DNA from: Phormidesmis sp.
GTDB taxonomy: Bacteria > Cyanobacteriota > Cyanobacteriia > Leptolyngbyales > Leptolyngbyaceae
Length of the DNA: 64,000 bases
Direction: 5' to 3'
NCBI GenBank assembly: GCA_965248535.1
Contig: CBDFJR010000002.1
Location: 608,001 to 672,000, forward strand
Part shown: positions 31,223 to 42,153 of the stretch, one piece after another
How the letters are laid out: every line of letters starts with the position of its first letter
Position numbering within the stretch: the first letter of the stretch is position 1
The notes under the pieces: generated by a model
Told to the model about the DNA's origin: nothing
Database searches by the model: none
Seen by the model: the letters and a program-made list of their open reading frames with translations, nothing else
Translations under genes and position numbers: made by a program

Positions 31223-31259
31223 AATACGTTTGTTCTAACTATAGCAGTACGTCAGTACT
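31223..31259. promoter_or_regulatory. Two cyanobacterial LexA-box-like motifs
   Basis: AGTACGTCAGTACT (31246-31259) fits RGTACNNNDGTWCB exactly. AATACGTTTGTTCT (31223-31236) has one mismatch. Confidence 0.6.
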
Positions 31260-31376
31260 AAAAAGCAAGAGGGTTTTGAGAAACTCCTGTCAATTTCCTG
31301 TTGATCAGGCTTCATCAGGCGTTGAGAAATAGCGTAGGATAGGAAAGTTGACTAAAAATGACCACGGTCTAAAATC

Positions 31377-31550
31377 ATGGCAGTTCCTAAGAAGAAAACC
31401 TCTAAATCTAAGCGCGACAAGCGCAAAGCCACCTGGAAAGCCAAAGCCAGAGTGCAAGCTCAAAAAGCGCTCTCGATCGGCAAATCGATTTTGACCGGGC
31501 GCGCTCAAGGCTTTGTTTACCCCACCGATGAAGAAACCGAGGAAGAATAG
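31377..31550 (+). CDS. rpmF: 50S ribosomal protein L32 (absent from the ORF track)
   Basis: Hand translation: [57 protein letters not shown]. Confidence 0.97.
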   Translation: MAVPKKKTSKSKRDKRKATWKAKARVQAQKALSIGKSILTGRAQGFVYPTDEETEEE

Positions 31551-31665
31551 AGCGATAAATGATGAACGCGAAATCGTCGATTCATCATTTATCACTCTTT
31601 GAGAAGAGACATCGTTGCAGACAGTTTGCTACACAGTTAGAGAAAGACTCTGTAGGAAGAAATCA

Positions 31666-32262
31666 ATGCTGGGGAAGTTTTTTCGCAAACCAGAAGCAGA
31701 ACACGGCGATCGGGTGCCTCCCGGTCAACACCTGACCAATGGGTTTCCGGTGTTGACCTATGGCGACACGCCCCACATTGATCGGGCAACCTGGCAGTTT
31801 AAGGTTTGGGGCTTGGCTCAAGAAAAAACCTTTAGCTGGTCAGACTTTATGAGCCTGCCTCAGAGCGATTTCACTGCCGATTTTCACTGCGTCACCACCT
31901 GGTCAAAGCTCGACGTGCAGTGGACAGGGGTAAAAGTGACCGATTTTATGCAGCATATTCAGGTAGATCCAGCCGCTCAGTATGTTTTAGAACACTGCTA
32001 CGGCGGCTACACAACTAATATCTCAATGGATGACTTTTTGAGAGCAGAGAATTTTTTTGCTCACACCCTTTTTGGCGAACCCCTGCCCGCAGAACATGGC
32101 GGGCCGATGAGGTCTGTGGTGCCTCACATCTATGCCTGGAAGAGCGCTAAGTGGATTAATGGGCTAGAGTTTCTCTCCCATGAAGAACTCGGCTTTTGGG
32201 AGCGCAACGGCTATCACCACCGAGGAGAGCCTTGGGCAGAAGAACGCTACAGCGATCGCTAA
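31666..32262 (+). CDS. Sulfite oxidase-like molybdopterin oxidoreductase
   Basis: RVPPGQ, DFHCVTTWS, EHGGP, WKSAKW and GFWERNGYH. Confidence 0.9.
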   Translation: MLGKFFRKPEAEHGDRVPPGQHLTNGFPVLTYGDTPHIDRATWQFKVWGLAQEKTFSWSDFMSLPQSDFTADFHCVTTWSKLDVQWTGVKVTDFMQHIQVDPAAQYVLEHCYGGYTTNISMDDFLRAENFFAHTLFGEPLPAEHGGPMRSVVPHIYAWKSAKWINGLEFLSHEELGFWERNGYHHRGEPWAEERYSDR

Positions 32263-32315
32263 AGACTGTGGATGTGTGAAAGTCTTCTGATTTGTCGTTG
32301 CCGAGACGTTTGCCA

Positions 32316-32388
32316 CTTTTCCCAAGTTTGGAGAAGGGAAACCAGACTGTTTCTTCCCTCTCCCAGCTTGGGAGGGGTGAGGGCGAGA
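32316..32388. repeat. Degenerate short dispersed palindromic repeat (same family as 26853-26915)
   Basis: CTTTTCCCAAGTTTGGAGAAG and CCCTCTCCCAGCTTGGGAGGGG hairpins followed by GAGGGCGAGA. Confidence 0.5.
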
Positions 32389-32477
32389 CCCCTGACAACG
32401 GTCGAAGTGATTCAATGACTTACACAAGTAAAGGGCCCAGCAATGCCGCGCCCTTACAAAAGTTCTAGGTCGCGGGT

Positions 32478-33614
32478 TTAACCGTCTTTGGGGCCGTTAG
32501 TCTGACCAACAGGTAAGCGGATTGTGAAGCAACTGCCTTTGCCCACCTCTGACTGCACGCTGACGGTGCCGTTGTGGGCTTCTGCGATGCGACGAGACAG
32601 TTGCAGCCCTAGCCCACTGCCCGATCGCTTGTGCTTGCCGCTAGAAAAGCTCTCAAACAGCGTCGATTGCTCTTCTAAGGGAATGCCCGAACCCGTATCT
32701 TGAATGTTGACTTCAACTTGAGCCTTATCAGAGTTGTCACCTAGTTGAGCGATCTGAATGCTCACCGAGCCTTCATCGGTGAATTTAATGGCGTTGCCAA
32801 TCAAATTTGTGAAAACTCGATGTAGCTCCATGCGATCGCCCTTGATCTTAAAATCAACGGACTGATCCGGGTGAAAATCAAGCGCTAGCCCTTTATCGAT
32901 CGCTAGCGAGGCCAGCTCTTCAATAACTTCATTCAGCATATCTGCGAGGCTAACGGGTGAAAAAACGAGCGACTTGCGCCCGGCCTCATAGCGATAGACC
33001 TCTAGCAGCATGTTGACCATTGTCAAAAGGTTTTGGTTGCTGCGAACCATGGTGGCCATAATTTCGAGCACATCGTCTGACAACTCGCCCATGGCACCTT
33101 GAATCAGCAGGTTGAGCATCCGATCGGCGGCGACTAGAGGCGTTCGCAAGTCGTGGGTTAGCCGAGACACAAAATCTTCTCGCTGCCGAGCAATTTGGTC
33201 GCGTTCATCAACACTGTGTTTAAGTCTTAGCAAGGCTCGCACTCGCGCCAGCAACTCGTCAAAGTGAACGGGTTTGCGAATGAAATCGTCTGCACCCAGA
33301 TCCAAGCCCACGGCGACACTAGGCTGGTCATAAGCAGTGGTCAACAGGATTGGGATAAACGGCAACGCGGTGTTTTGACGGATGCGCCGGGTCACCTCAT
33401 AGCCATCCATGCCTGGCATCATCACATCTAGCAAAATCAGGTCGGGCGGCGATCGGTCAATTTTGGTTAACGCATCTTTACCACTCTCAGAAAGCTCAAC
33501 GTCATAGCCTTCGTCTTGCAAAATTGCTTGAATGAGCAAGCAATTGTCAGGGGTGTCGTCTACCACTAAGATGCGATCGACTCTAGCGGGTTTTAAGAAA
33601 GACGAATGGTTCAT
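32478..33614 (-). CDS. Hybrid response regulator / histidine kinase
   Basis: Receiver (ILVVDD, LLDVMMP, RKP), HDLRTPL, NLIGNAIKFT, DTGSGI and GSGLGL. Confidence 0.95.
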   Translation of the reverse strand: MNHSSFLKPARVDRILVVDDTPDNCLLIQAILQDEGYDVELSESGKDALTKIDRSPPDLILLDVMMPGMDGYEVTRRIRQNTALPFIPILLTTAYDQPSVAVGLDLGADDFIRKPVHFDELLARVRALLRLKHSVDERDQIARQREDFVSRLTHDLRTPLVAADRMLNLLIQGAMGELSDDVLEIMATMVRSNQNLLTMVNMLLEVYRYEAGRKSLVFSPVSLADMLNEVIEELASLAIDKGLALDFHPDQSVDFKIKGDRMELHRVFTNLIGNAIKFTDEGSVSIQIAQLGDNSDKAQVEVNIQDTGSGIPLEEQSTLFESFSSGKHKRSGSGLGLQLSRRIAEAHNGTVSVQSEVGKGSCFTIRLPVGQTNGPKDG

Positions 33615-33693
33615 GCAGGTCAGGCAAAGGCGCAGGCAGTTATGCGGATGTCGTGTCCATTTAACCTTAACTTGTGATTAATTTCTCTCATTC

Positions 33694-34215
33694 CTACGGA
33701 ATATTTTTGGTAGAGGCTTGAATATAGGCGATCGCAGCAGGGGTGATTTGAGCAATCATGAGCGCGATCGTGCTCCGCTCTCTATCTGTCCAGATTCTCG
33801 GCTGTCCAAAAATGCAGGGCTGCAAAACGCCCCAAAGTTGACCATTGTGAACCAAGTGACCGTGAATCAGAGCGCGATGCCCAAAGTTTTCTTGTTCAAA
33901 CTGTCGGTTTAAGATCTGCGGGTCGGCGGTTTCAACATCTTCAACAAAGATCGAAGGAGCGGCTTGCAACGCGGCGGCAAACATCGGGTCTTGGCTAGCT
34001 AGCGATGGGGGTTCGGGTTTCCAGTGCTGATCGTAGATGATGGGCGTGTCTGAACTGCGAACCCAGCAAAAAGGCACTCTGCCCAACTGGGTTTGAGGGT
34101 GACGCAGATAAAGGAAACAGCGATCGCACTGCAATGACTCTCCTAAGTCGGCAACGAGTTGATTAAAAAAGCCATCCAGATCTTGAGAAAAAGTCTGGAG
34201 TTGGGCACTATTCAC
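33694..34215 (-). CDS. Stand-alone GAF domain protein
   Basis: LQCDRCFLY, IFVEDVE, LWGVL and PRIWT. GTG start overlaps the upstream stop. Confidence 0.8.
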   Translation of the reverse strand: MNSAQLQTFSQDLDGFFNQLVADLGESLQCDRCFLYLRHPQTQLGRVPFCWVRSSDTPIIYDQHWKPEPPSLASQDPMFAAALQAAPSIFVEDVETADPQILNRQFEQENFGHRALIHGHLVHNGQLWGVLQPCIFGQPRIWTDRERSTIALMIAQITPAAIAYIQASTKNIP

Positions 34216-34946
34216 GCGTTCCCCTTGGCAAAGTTCCACTCTAAAAGGCTGCGAGGCGCGTTTTTGAGAGCCGCCGTCAGACTAGCGTTATCGTCAAATT
34301 TGGCTTGAGATAGATGCGACACTTCGACATTGACGATGAAGTGAGGGTTTTCAAAACACCACGGCTCGACGGTGACTGATTGGTCACTCAATTGGCGAAT
34401 GTCATAGCGCTTGCCGTCAGGGCCTTTGCTGATTTCTAGCGCCCGTTGATCGTCAGGAATCTGCTGCTGACAGAGAATGAGGGAGAGACGATCGCACCAC
34501 TGCATGAAGTCATAGGCACTCTGAGTGTCGTCTTTAGAGATGCCGAGTTCTTTGCGCCAGCGCTTCTGATTTTCTAATTGTTCGTCTAAAAAAGCATCTG
34601 CTTCTTTTGAGTTGCCTCGGTTGCTTTCACCCAATCGGCTTTGGTGCATTGAGTTCATCAAGGCGACCCAGCGCCCGCGATAGAGGGCCCCTTCTAGATG
34701 GTTGCGTAGCTGCTGATAGTCGGTGCCTTCAGTCATGGTGAAGTCCATAGGGGCACCTGTGTCAGTCAGGTTGTTGGCTTCCCACTCTTTTTCGAGGTCG
34801 TCGTGGTGAGAGATGGCCGCGATCGTTTCATATAAGCGAGGCGGAGCGTCTTTTTTGCGCCATTGTCCGGCGAGTTGAGCCGCGAGTAAGGCATGGGCGC
34901 GATGGTAAATCACGTCCCACCCGTCTTTTGCAGGGTTGACAATCAC
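34212..34946 (-). CDS. DUF3891-family protein
   Basis: HRAHALLAAQLA, AISHHDD, GAPMDF and WCDRLSLILC. Confidence 0.8.
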   Translation of the reverse strand: MIVNPAKDGWDVIYHRAHALLAAQLAGQWRKKDAPPRLYETIAAISHHDDLEKEWEANNLTDTGAPMDFTMTEGTDYQQLRNHLEGALYRGRWVALMNSMHQSRLGESNRGNSKEADAFLDEQLENQKRWRKELGISKDDTQSAYDFMQWCDRLSLILCQQQIPDDQRALEISKGPDGKRYDIRQLSDQSVTVEPWCFENPHFIVNVEVSHLSQAKFDDNASLTAALKNAPRSLLEWNFAKGNA

Positions 34947-35332
34947 GTTGGTATTGCTATGTATTAACTAGTATGGACAGCATAGCCTTGACGCTGAGAC
35001 TAATAAATCTGTCCTATGTGTGAATTCTTGGGCGTGAATTCCTGGGCGTGAATTAGTAGCTATGTCTGCTATCCGTGATCAGTTAACCGCTGTGAGTTGA
35101 CCGTTTGCGATCGGGTTATGAAACCATTTTTAGCGCTATTTTCTAGTCTGGCGTTTAGTTCTTGGTTTCCAAGATTTCCCTCACGCAACAGCGCAAAGGG
35201 GATAATATAGGCTGAGTCTCGACCAGAACCATCTTGACGTGTAGGCGCAAGACTTCTAGCAGACTTTCTGTTTGAGGTTGATGGTGATTGTGCATTGCCC
35301 AATTCTCACAACTCAGGTGTTTTGGAGAGTCG

Positions 35333-36736
35333 ATGTCCGGGTACATCTTAATATTTGCGGTGCTAATTTTAGGAGGCGTGATCGCGACGGTTGGCGATCG
35401 CATTGGCACCCGCGTGGGCAAAGCCCGTCTCAGTTTATTTAACCTGCGTCCGCGCCGCACGGCGGTCTTAGTCACCATTCTTACCGGAACGCTGATTTCT
35501 GCTTCGACCTTGGGCATCTTGCTGGCCACTAGTGAACAGCTTAGAATCGGCATTTTGCAACTGGGGCAGCTTCAAAAAAAAATCGCAGGCATTCGAGAAG
35601 CGCTTAACAAAACCACTCAAGAATTAAAAAACACAACCCAACAAAAGGGTCAGGTTGAAACCGAACTGAGCAAAACCAAGTCAGAACAGGCAAGAGTTGA
35701 AACTCAGCTAGGTCGCATCAATCAAAACTTAAAGCAGGCAACCGAGCGACAGGCCAGAACCGATGCTCAACTGCAACTGGCCGAAGCGCAACGCGATCGC
35801 GTGCGTCTGCAACTAGGCACCGTCTCTCAACAGGCTACTCGCCTTCGCACAGAGATCACCCAACTGCAATCAGAGCGCCAGGTTTTGATCACCGAGCGCA
35901 ACCAAGTGCAAGCGCAAATCGCTCAACGCGATGCAGAAATCGCCAAACGCACGCAGTTAATCGAGCAGCGTGACCTTGACATCGCCAACCGCGACACGGT
36001 GATTGCCCAACGAGAACAGCGACTTAAAGAGCTTGAAGAGCAGCGAGCTTTTTTAGCCCAAGAAGTGCAGCGATCGGATGAAGAAGCCCGACTCGTGCGT
36101 CTAGGCGTTCTTGGCGTTGAGCGCAATCAGGTGTTAGCCTCTGCGGTCGTGAGAATTGTTAACCCTCAGTTGGCCAGCCAAGCGGTCGATCAACTCTTGC
36201 GAGAAGCCAATCGTGTCGCGCTGCAGCGAGTGCAGCCGATCGGGGCAAAGCCTACTGACCAAATTGTGCAAATCACAACTCCTGAGGTCAAACAGCTAAC
36301 GGAGCAGATCGACGATGGTCAAGATTATGTCGTGCGAATTTTGGCCGCCGCCAACTATGTCAAGGGTGAAAGAACCCCGATCGCTATCTTTGCCGATGCA
36401 GTCCGCAATCAGGTGCTATTTCTAGCCGGAGACGTGATCGCCGCAAAGTCGATCGAGCCTGCAAAACTCTCTGGCACCGAGCTAAATCAAAGCATCAGCC
36501 AATTGATCGATGCCTCTAGATTTCGGGCCCGGCGCGCTGGGGTGCTGTCAGATGCGGTGCAGGTGCAGGGGGTGCAGGCGTTGCAGTCTTGGACAAGCTT
36601 TGCCGAAAAGCTGGGGCAGTTTCAGTCTTCGGTCGAAGTTAGGGTGGTGGCCTCAGAGGTCACTTACACCGTTGGGCCGCTCAAAATCGAGCTAGTGGCG
36701 GTGCAGAATGGCCAAGTCGTGTTGAGAACGTCTTAA
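35333..36736 (+). CDS. DUF3084 membrane-anchored coiled-coil protein
   Basis: LGGVIATVGDRIGTRVGKARLSLFNLRPRRTA followed by a long coiled coil. Confidence 0.88.
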   Translation: MSGYILIFAVLILGGVIATVGDRIGTRVGKARLSLFNLRPRRTAVLVTILTGTLISASTLGILLATSEQLRIGILQLGQLQKKIAGIREALNKTTQELKNTTQQKGQVETELSKTKSEQARVETQLGRINQNLKQATERQARTDAQLQLAEAQRDRVRLQLGTVSQQATRLRTEITQLQSERQVLITERNQVQAQIAQRDAEIAKRTQLIEQRDLDIANRDTVIAQREQRLKELEEQRAFLAQEVQRSDEEARLVRLGVLGVERNQVLASAVVRIVNPQLASQAVDQLLREANRVALQRVQPIGAKPTDQIVQITTPEVKQLTEQIDDGQDYVVRILAAANYVKGERTPIAIFADAVRNQVLFLAGDVIAAKSIEPAKLSGTELNQSISQLIDASRFRARRAGVLSDAVQVQGVQALQSWTSFAEKLGQFQSSVEVRVVASEVTYTVGPLKIELVAVQNGQVVLRTS

Positions 36737-36773
36737 AGGGTGAGAATGATAGGGTGGGCCAAACGCACGGGAG

Positions 36774-37217
36774 ATGAGATCGATGATTGCAGATGCCACC
36801 TTTCGTGATCAGCCAGTGATTTTAGGATTTGATCCGGGGAGTCACAAGTGTGGATTGGCGGTGATGGGGGTCGATCGACGGTTATATTATCACCAGGTTG
36901 TGACCGCAGAGGCGACGATCGCGACCATTCAAACCCTGCGTCAGCAGTTTCCCGTCTCGCTGCTGGTGATGGGTGATCAAACGGCCTCTAAATTTTGGAA
37001 GCAATCGCTAGAAAAATCCCTGGCTGACCCGCTGCGGGTGATCACCGTTGATGAACGACACAGCAGCTTAGAGGCCCGCGATCGCTATTGGCAAATGTAT
37101 CCACCCAAAGGGTTGACGCGCCTGATCCCCCAAGGCATGAGAACGCCGCCGAGAGCGATCGATGACATCGTGGCTATCTTGCTAATCGAACGGTATTTAG
37201 AACGATTAGTCAGCTAG
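36774..37217 (+). CDS. YqgF/RuvX-family nuclease
   Basis: LGFDPG..KCGLA, VDERHSSLEAR and IDDIVA. Confidence 0.88.
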   Translation: MRSMIADATFRDQPVILGFDPGSHKCGLAVMGVDRRLYYHQVVTAEATIATIQTLRQQFPVSLLVMGDQTASKFWKQSLEKSLADPLRVITVDERHSSLEARDRYWQMYPPKGLTRLIPQGMRTPPRAIDDIVAILLIERYLERLVS

Positions 37218-37231
37218 AAGATTCTAGGAGA

Positions 37232-37519
37232 TTAAAGCTCTGCTCGAATCGTGAAGGAATAATCTCCCCCTGGCTCTAGCTGATAGTCTCGCTGTTCTAA
37301 AAACCGTCCCAGTGGCTCTTTGATCAAAGCCCGACCTAGCGACGGCTCAACGCACAGTTCCCCTTGGCGAAACTGCCAGTGAAAATGCCACTCAAATTGA
37401 TTGGCGATTACATCGCCTTCAATGCTGCCCTGCTGCCAGGACTGGCGAGTAATGCGAACGTGGGCAGTCGTTTCGGGAAGACGTTTTGACACAATATCAG
37501 GCGGTTTGTTGCTCGACAC
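37232..37519 (-). CDS. DUF3146-family protein
   Basis: LPETTAHVRI...PSLGRALIKEPLGRFLE..DYQLEPGGDY. Confidence 0.85.
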   Translation of the reverse strand: MSSNKPPDIVSKRLPETTAHVRITRQSWQQGSIEGDVIANQFEWHFHWQFRQGELCVEPSLGRALIKEPLGRFLEQRDYQLEPGGDYSFTIRAEL

Positions 37520-38126
37520 TACGATTGTTGTAAAGACTCATTGCCTTTTCAACCCCTTGCTTAAGACTGAGTTCGATCGCTCCCACCGTCAAGTCAAGCA
37601 CCTCTGGAATTAATTTTGCTTCGGCGCTAGAAAAGCTGCCCAACACATGAGAAACGGCATCTTTGTCTCCCGGAGCGGCTTTGGGGCTGCCAATGCCAAT
37701 TCTCAACCGAGGAAAATCTTGGGTGCCGAGGTGCGCGATCGCCGATTTCATGCCATTTTGTCCGCCTGCTGACCCCGATAATCGCAGCCGAATTTTGCCC
37801 AAAGGCAAATCCATATCGTCGTAGACCACGAGAACTGATTCGGGAGCCAGCTTGTACCAATTGACGACCGCACGAATCGACTGCCCAGAATTGTTCATAA
37901 AGGTCAACGGCTTGAGCAATCTGATTTTGTTGCCCCCATAGGTGCCCTCGCCAGCGATGCCTTGAAACTTGCGATTTTCGGATAGAGAGATTTGCCAAAG
38001 TTTGGCTAGCTTCTCGATCGCCATAAACCCGACATTGTGACGAGTCTTCTCATAATTGCTGCCGGGGTTGCCCAGCCCCACAATTAACTGAGGAATCACT
38101 AATTTAGGCGGCGTTGCTTCACTCAT
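37497..38126 (-). CDS. pth: Peptidyl-tRNA hydrolase
   Basis: LIVGLGNPG, TRHNVGF, KPLTFMNNSG and RLRIGIG. Confidence 0.97.
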   Translation of the reverse strand: MSEATPPKLVIPQLIVGLGNPGSNYEKTRHNVGFMAIEKLAKLWQISLSENRKFQGIAGEGTYGGNKIRLLKPLTFMNNSGQSIRAVVNWYKLAPESVLVVYDDMDLPLGKIRLRLSGSAGGQNGMKSAIAHLGTQDFPRLRIGIGSPKAAPGDKDAVSHVLGSFSSAEAKLIPEVLDLTVGAIELSLKQGVEKAMSLYNNRSVEQQTA

Positions 38127-38134
38127 GATCCAGT

Positions 38135-38425
38135 TCAGGCTTCTTTTTCGAGGGCTTCGGCAGATTGAGCGATCTCATCATCGGCGGGAGCTAGGGTTGG
38201 CTGAGATGGCTCTAGCGTCGCTTCCATGGGCGGGCTGGGCGTTTTTGCAATCTGTTCTGCTTCTCGCTTAAATTCGGCTTCAAACTCCTTGGAGGCATCT
38301 TGAAAGCTGCGAATTCCTTTTCCTAAGCTGCGCCCAATTTCTGGCAGCTTTTTGGGGCCAAACACTAGGAGAGCCACCACCATGATCACAACCATTTCTG
38401 GTAAACCGATGCCAAAAAAGTTCAT
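38135..38425 (-). CDS. tatA: TatA/E twin-arginine translocase subunit
   Basis: MNFFGIGLPE...FGPKKLPEIGRSLGK. Confidence 0.93.
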   Translation of the reverse strand: MNFFGIGLPEMVVIMVVALLVFGPKKLPEIGRSLGKGIRSFQDASKEFEAEFKREAEQIAKTPSPPMEATLEPSQPTLAPADDEIAQSAEALEKEA

Positions 38426-38548
38426 TCGCCTGTCCCGCAACGCTCTCACTATTGTAGAGAGTAGGGGCAGTCGTATGTCGTGCCCCCACAAAAAATCCCG
38501 GATGAACCGGGAAATTAAATGCACTAGTTAACGTTTGAACGGCTGAAA

Positions 38549-38752
38549 TCAGTTGCCCAAGCTTCTCCAATCGACCGAGAACCCATCCAAGATCAGGGAA
38601 GAGTTGTAGATTTGCAGAATGATCAGCAAGAAAACCAAAAACAGCGCCATGAACACTGCCATAACGGGAGTTGTGCCCCAACCGGGGACGACTTTACCAT
38701 ATTCAGAGTTCAAAGGTCTTAAAACATCACCTAACCGCGTCCGCTGTGCCAT
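38549..38752 (-). CDS. psbH: Photosystem II protein H
   Basis: [21 protein letters not shown]...QIYNSSL. Confidence 0.98.
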   Translation of the reverse strand: MAQRTRLGDVLRPLNSEYGKVVPGWGTTPVMAVFMALFLVFLLIILQIYNSSLILDGFSVDWRSLGN

Positions 38753-38835
38753 AGCCCACCTTATGATAATCTCGACAAAAGTTGTAAATACTTCGTAATA
38801 TTATAGGGGAACGACCTCATCATTTAAAAACTCAA

Positions 38836-38967
38836 ATGGAACCTGCAATAGCTCTTAACATTTCTATCTTGGCGACGATCGTCGGCTTGACTGGATACGC
38901 GGTCTACACAGCGTTTGGCCCGCCCGCCAAGGAATTGGATGACCCGTTTGAGGATCATGAAGACTAA
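38836..38967 (+). CDS. psbN: PsbN (absent from the ORF track)
   Basis: Hand translation: [43 protein letters not shown]. Divergent from psbH, as is usual. Confidence 0.96.
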   Translation: MEPAIALNISILATIVGLTGYAVYTAFGPPAKELDDPFEDHED

Positions 38968-38998
38968 TCAATCTGCGTGAATCTTCGTCAATGGCTTC

Positions 38999-41900
38999 TC
39001 AGATTCTTTGGGAGATTGAGAAGCTTTTGATTTGCCAGGGTTTGATCACGTTTGGGTCAGAACTGCTCTCCTGAAATCGTTCTAACAGGTCGATCGTGTG
39101 GTCAATTTTCAGATTCAGATCGCTCTTGAGGTTGAGATTTGCGGAGTCGCCGTGACACTCATAGCAGCGCAGGACAAACTTCTCCGGGTCATCTTCAGAT
39201 TGCTTAAAAGCAGTCAAAATGAGATTTTCTGAGCGCAAGTCTAAAAACGATCCGACGGGTGACAGTGAGCCTTGAAAATCTGCGTGGTCGAGGGTTACTA
39301 CTTGCAGCGGCTGATTTAGCTCACCGCTCTGACGCACCGTTTGCGCCGATCGCCAGTCGTGAGCGTGAGGATAAAGGGCATAGGTGAAAGTGTGAAGGCC
39401 CCGATCGGCTTCCGGGTCAGGAAACTCAGATCCCCGCAGCAAGGTGAGCCGAATTTGATTTTGCTGACAGTCATAGCCATGTTTGCAGTCACTCAAAAGG
39501 CTAACGCCGTAGTCAGCGCTGCTGAGATCTGCCCAGCCAAGGGCCGGAACTTCCCATTGAGCTTGCTGGCGTGGGCTGCGTTCTGCGATCGGTTTAGTGG
39601 TTCGCTGAATGGCACCACAGGGCATTTCATAGGTGGCAAAATCAGCGTTGATGGTGAGCGGAAATGCAGCTTTAACGATCACATGACGGTCTTGCCAATC
39701 GATTATGTTTTTGATTTTTAGCACCGATGAATCTTGTTCAAGCAAGTAAGTTTGAATAAACGTAGAGTCACCAATTTTGCGAGTTACTCTGATTTGATGC
39801 GCTGAGAGATCAACTTCAATGTTTAAGCATTCAACAGGCAGCAAAGGCTGTTTTGCATACTCCGGGTCGATGTTCCAAGCATCCCAATATTGACCTGCAT
39901 CGCGAAAGGCTTGAAGTTGATTTCCAGGTGCGCTTAAAACGTGTCGCTGATTAACTTTGTCGAAAATGCTCGATAGATCGCCTGTTTGAGGATCGATCAC
40001 AACGTTGAGAAATCGATTCTCTAATTCGAGGGAGTCTGTAAGTTTTTCACGCGCCTCATCGTCAGGAATGATCCAAAAAGCTCGATACCCGATCGCTGGA
40101 ATGTTCACTTCTTGAAAGCCGTCAATTTTCCATCCAATTAGTGACTCAGATTTGCTAAAAGAACGCTCCCAGTTTGACGGATTAAAAACTACGATCGCTT
40201 GAGCATTCGAGCTAGATCTTGGTGGCAATAAAATATGTTGAGAAATTTCTTTTAACGACGTTTGAATAATGTCTAGACAGATACGATCGCTCTCCTGCCA
40301 GTCTTGGTTAGCTTCAACAAACACCTGAGTAGATTGAAGAACCTGGAAGAATGTCGTGAAATTGATTAAACAGAACTTTTTTCCACGCTGTTTCTAGAGA
40401 TTTTTGAGGATAAGAAGTTCCAGTTATCATTGTGGCTAGTGATGCAAATAGTTCTGCTTGATAGAGGTTTTTCTCAGCATTGCGATTTTGTTGTTTTTGA
40501 TCAGCGTGAGTGGTGTAACACCCTCGATGGAATTCTAAATAAAGTTCATCTTCCCAGATTGAAAGGGAGTCAGTGATCAAGGAATCAAAATATTCGATCG
40601 TGCTCGTAAATTCCAAATTTGGGAAAAATGGCGAGGTCTGCCAGCGTCGAGCAATCTCTAACATATCGCGAGTCGGGCCACCCCCATGATCACCCACACC
40701 CGGCAGCCAAAGCGGATTTAGCTGATCCGTTTTAGTCGTCCAATCCCAAGTGTAAGCCGCCATTTTAATCGGATCGATGCCCTCCCCGATCGGAGCCGAC
40801 ATCACACTAGAGATCTGAGTGCCATCGGGCGATCGCCACTCAAAAACCTCATAAGGAAACACCGTCGTATCGTTCCAGCGCAACTTTTGAGTCACAAAAT
40901 AATCAATGCCTCCTTGTTTAAGCAGTTGCGGCAATTGCCAACAAAACCCAAAACTATCGGGCAACCAGGCGACTCGATTAATATCACCAAATTTCTCTTG
41001 ACAATAGCGTTGACCATAGAGAATTTGACGGGCGATCGATTCTCCACTAATTAAATTTAGCTCCGGTTCGATCCACAGTCCCCCAATGACTTCCCATTGC
41101 CCGATCTGCACATGCTGCTGAATTTGAGCAAACAGTTCAGGACGGTTTTTCTCTACCCATTCATAAAGAGCAGGGGTCGAGTGACAAAATGTTAATTCAG
41201 GAAAGTCTTTTTGCAGCGCAAGCACCGAATTGAACGTTCGTTCAGCCGCTTTCCAAGTTTCATCAACTGTCCATAGCCACGCCATATCTAAGTGAGCATG
41301 ACCGACTAGATAAATCGTGTGTTGCTTGAGATTTGCACTGAAAACCATCAGCCGATCTCTAAGTCTTTGCAAAGACTGATCAAACAGAGCCTGTTGACCG
41401 ATTGATCCCCAATTAATTGTCTGGATCGCTTCAGCAAGGCTCCCTAATTTTTCTGGTTTGAATGCTTCTAAATAACTTTTTAGTACGGTTAATTCATCAG
41501 CTACAAAACCCGGATCGATCGCATCATAACCTGACTCGTAGATGAGACGCGATCGTACCAACGCTCCATCATCATGCCCCGGACTGATTAATCGAATGGT
41601 TACCGTAATCACGTCACCCAACTTCACAGATGGGCTGAGAATAATTCTGGCTGAATGGTCAAATAAATCGCCTTCTTGAACTTTTTGACCATTGATATAA
41701 ATCTCAGCCAATTCTGCCCACCACGTCAACGCTAACCGCAGCGTTAAACCGTTGGTTGAATAGCCGTTTAAACTTTCTGTTAAAACAAATTGTTGATAAA
41801 ACCATGCCACCTTACCTCCCTTTGTCCACGCAATATGCGCCTTGCTGTTGAGGGGACAAAGGGGCTGTGACGGCCACTCTAATGCAGGGCTTTGGGGCAG

Positions 41901-42032
41901 ATCACCGGAGTGCGATCGCCAGCCAGTTTGCACATCAAGTTGGGTGAGATGACGCAATCGGTCAATGACCTGTGAAACCTGTTGGCGATTAGTTTCAGCA
42001 GTCTGATCAAAAGAGTTTGCCGAATTCAGCAT
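38999..42032 (-). CDS. GH38 alpha-mannosidase, split by one extra base near 40331
   Basis: GHAHLDMAWLW, WLPDSFGF, GDHGGGPT, ELYLEFHRG and NQFHDILPGSSI. Removing one T continues TQVFVEAN into the 38999-40324 ORF. Confidence 0.9.
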
Positions 42033-42153
42033 CTTGATAGCATTAGAGGTGCGAACAGCATAGACTAAACAGTGACAGACTTTCAGCGACAACCTGCCAG
42101 CAGCCCAAAGTCTGAAACCGCCACGCAGCCGTTCAAATCGCCCCTCTGAGTCT

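Noticed and set aside
31305..31595. 96-aa minus-strand ORF
   Set aside because: Antisense shadow of rpmF.
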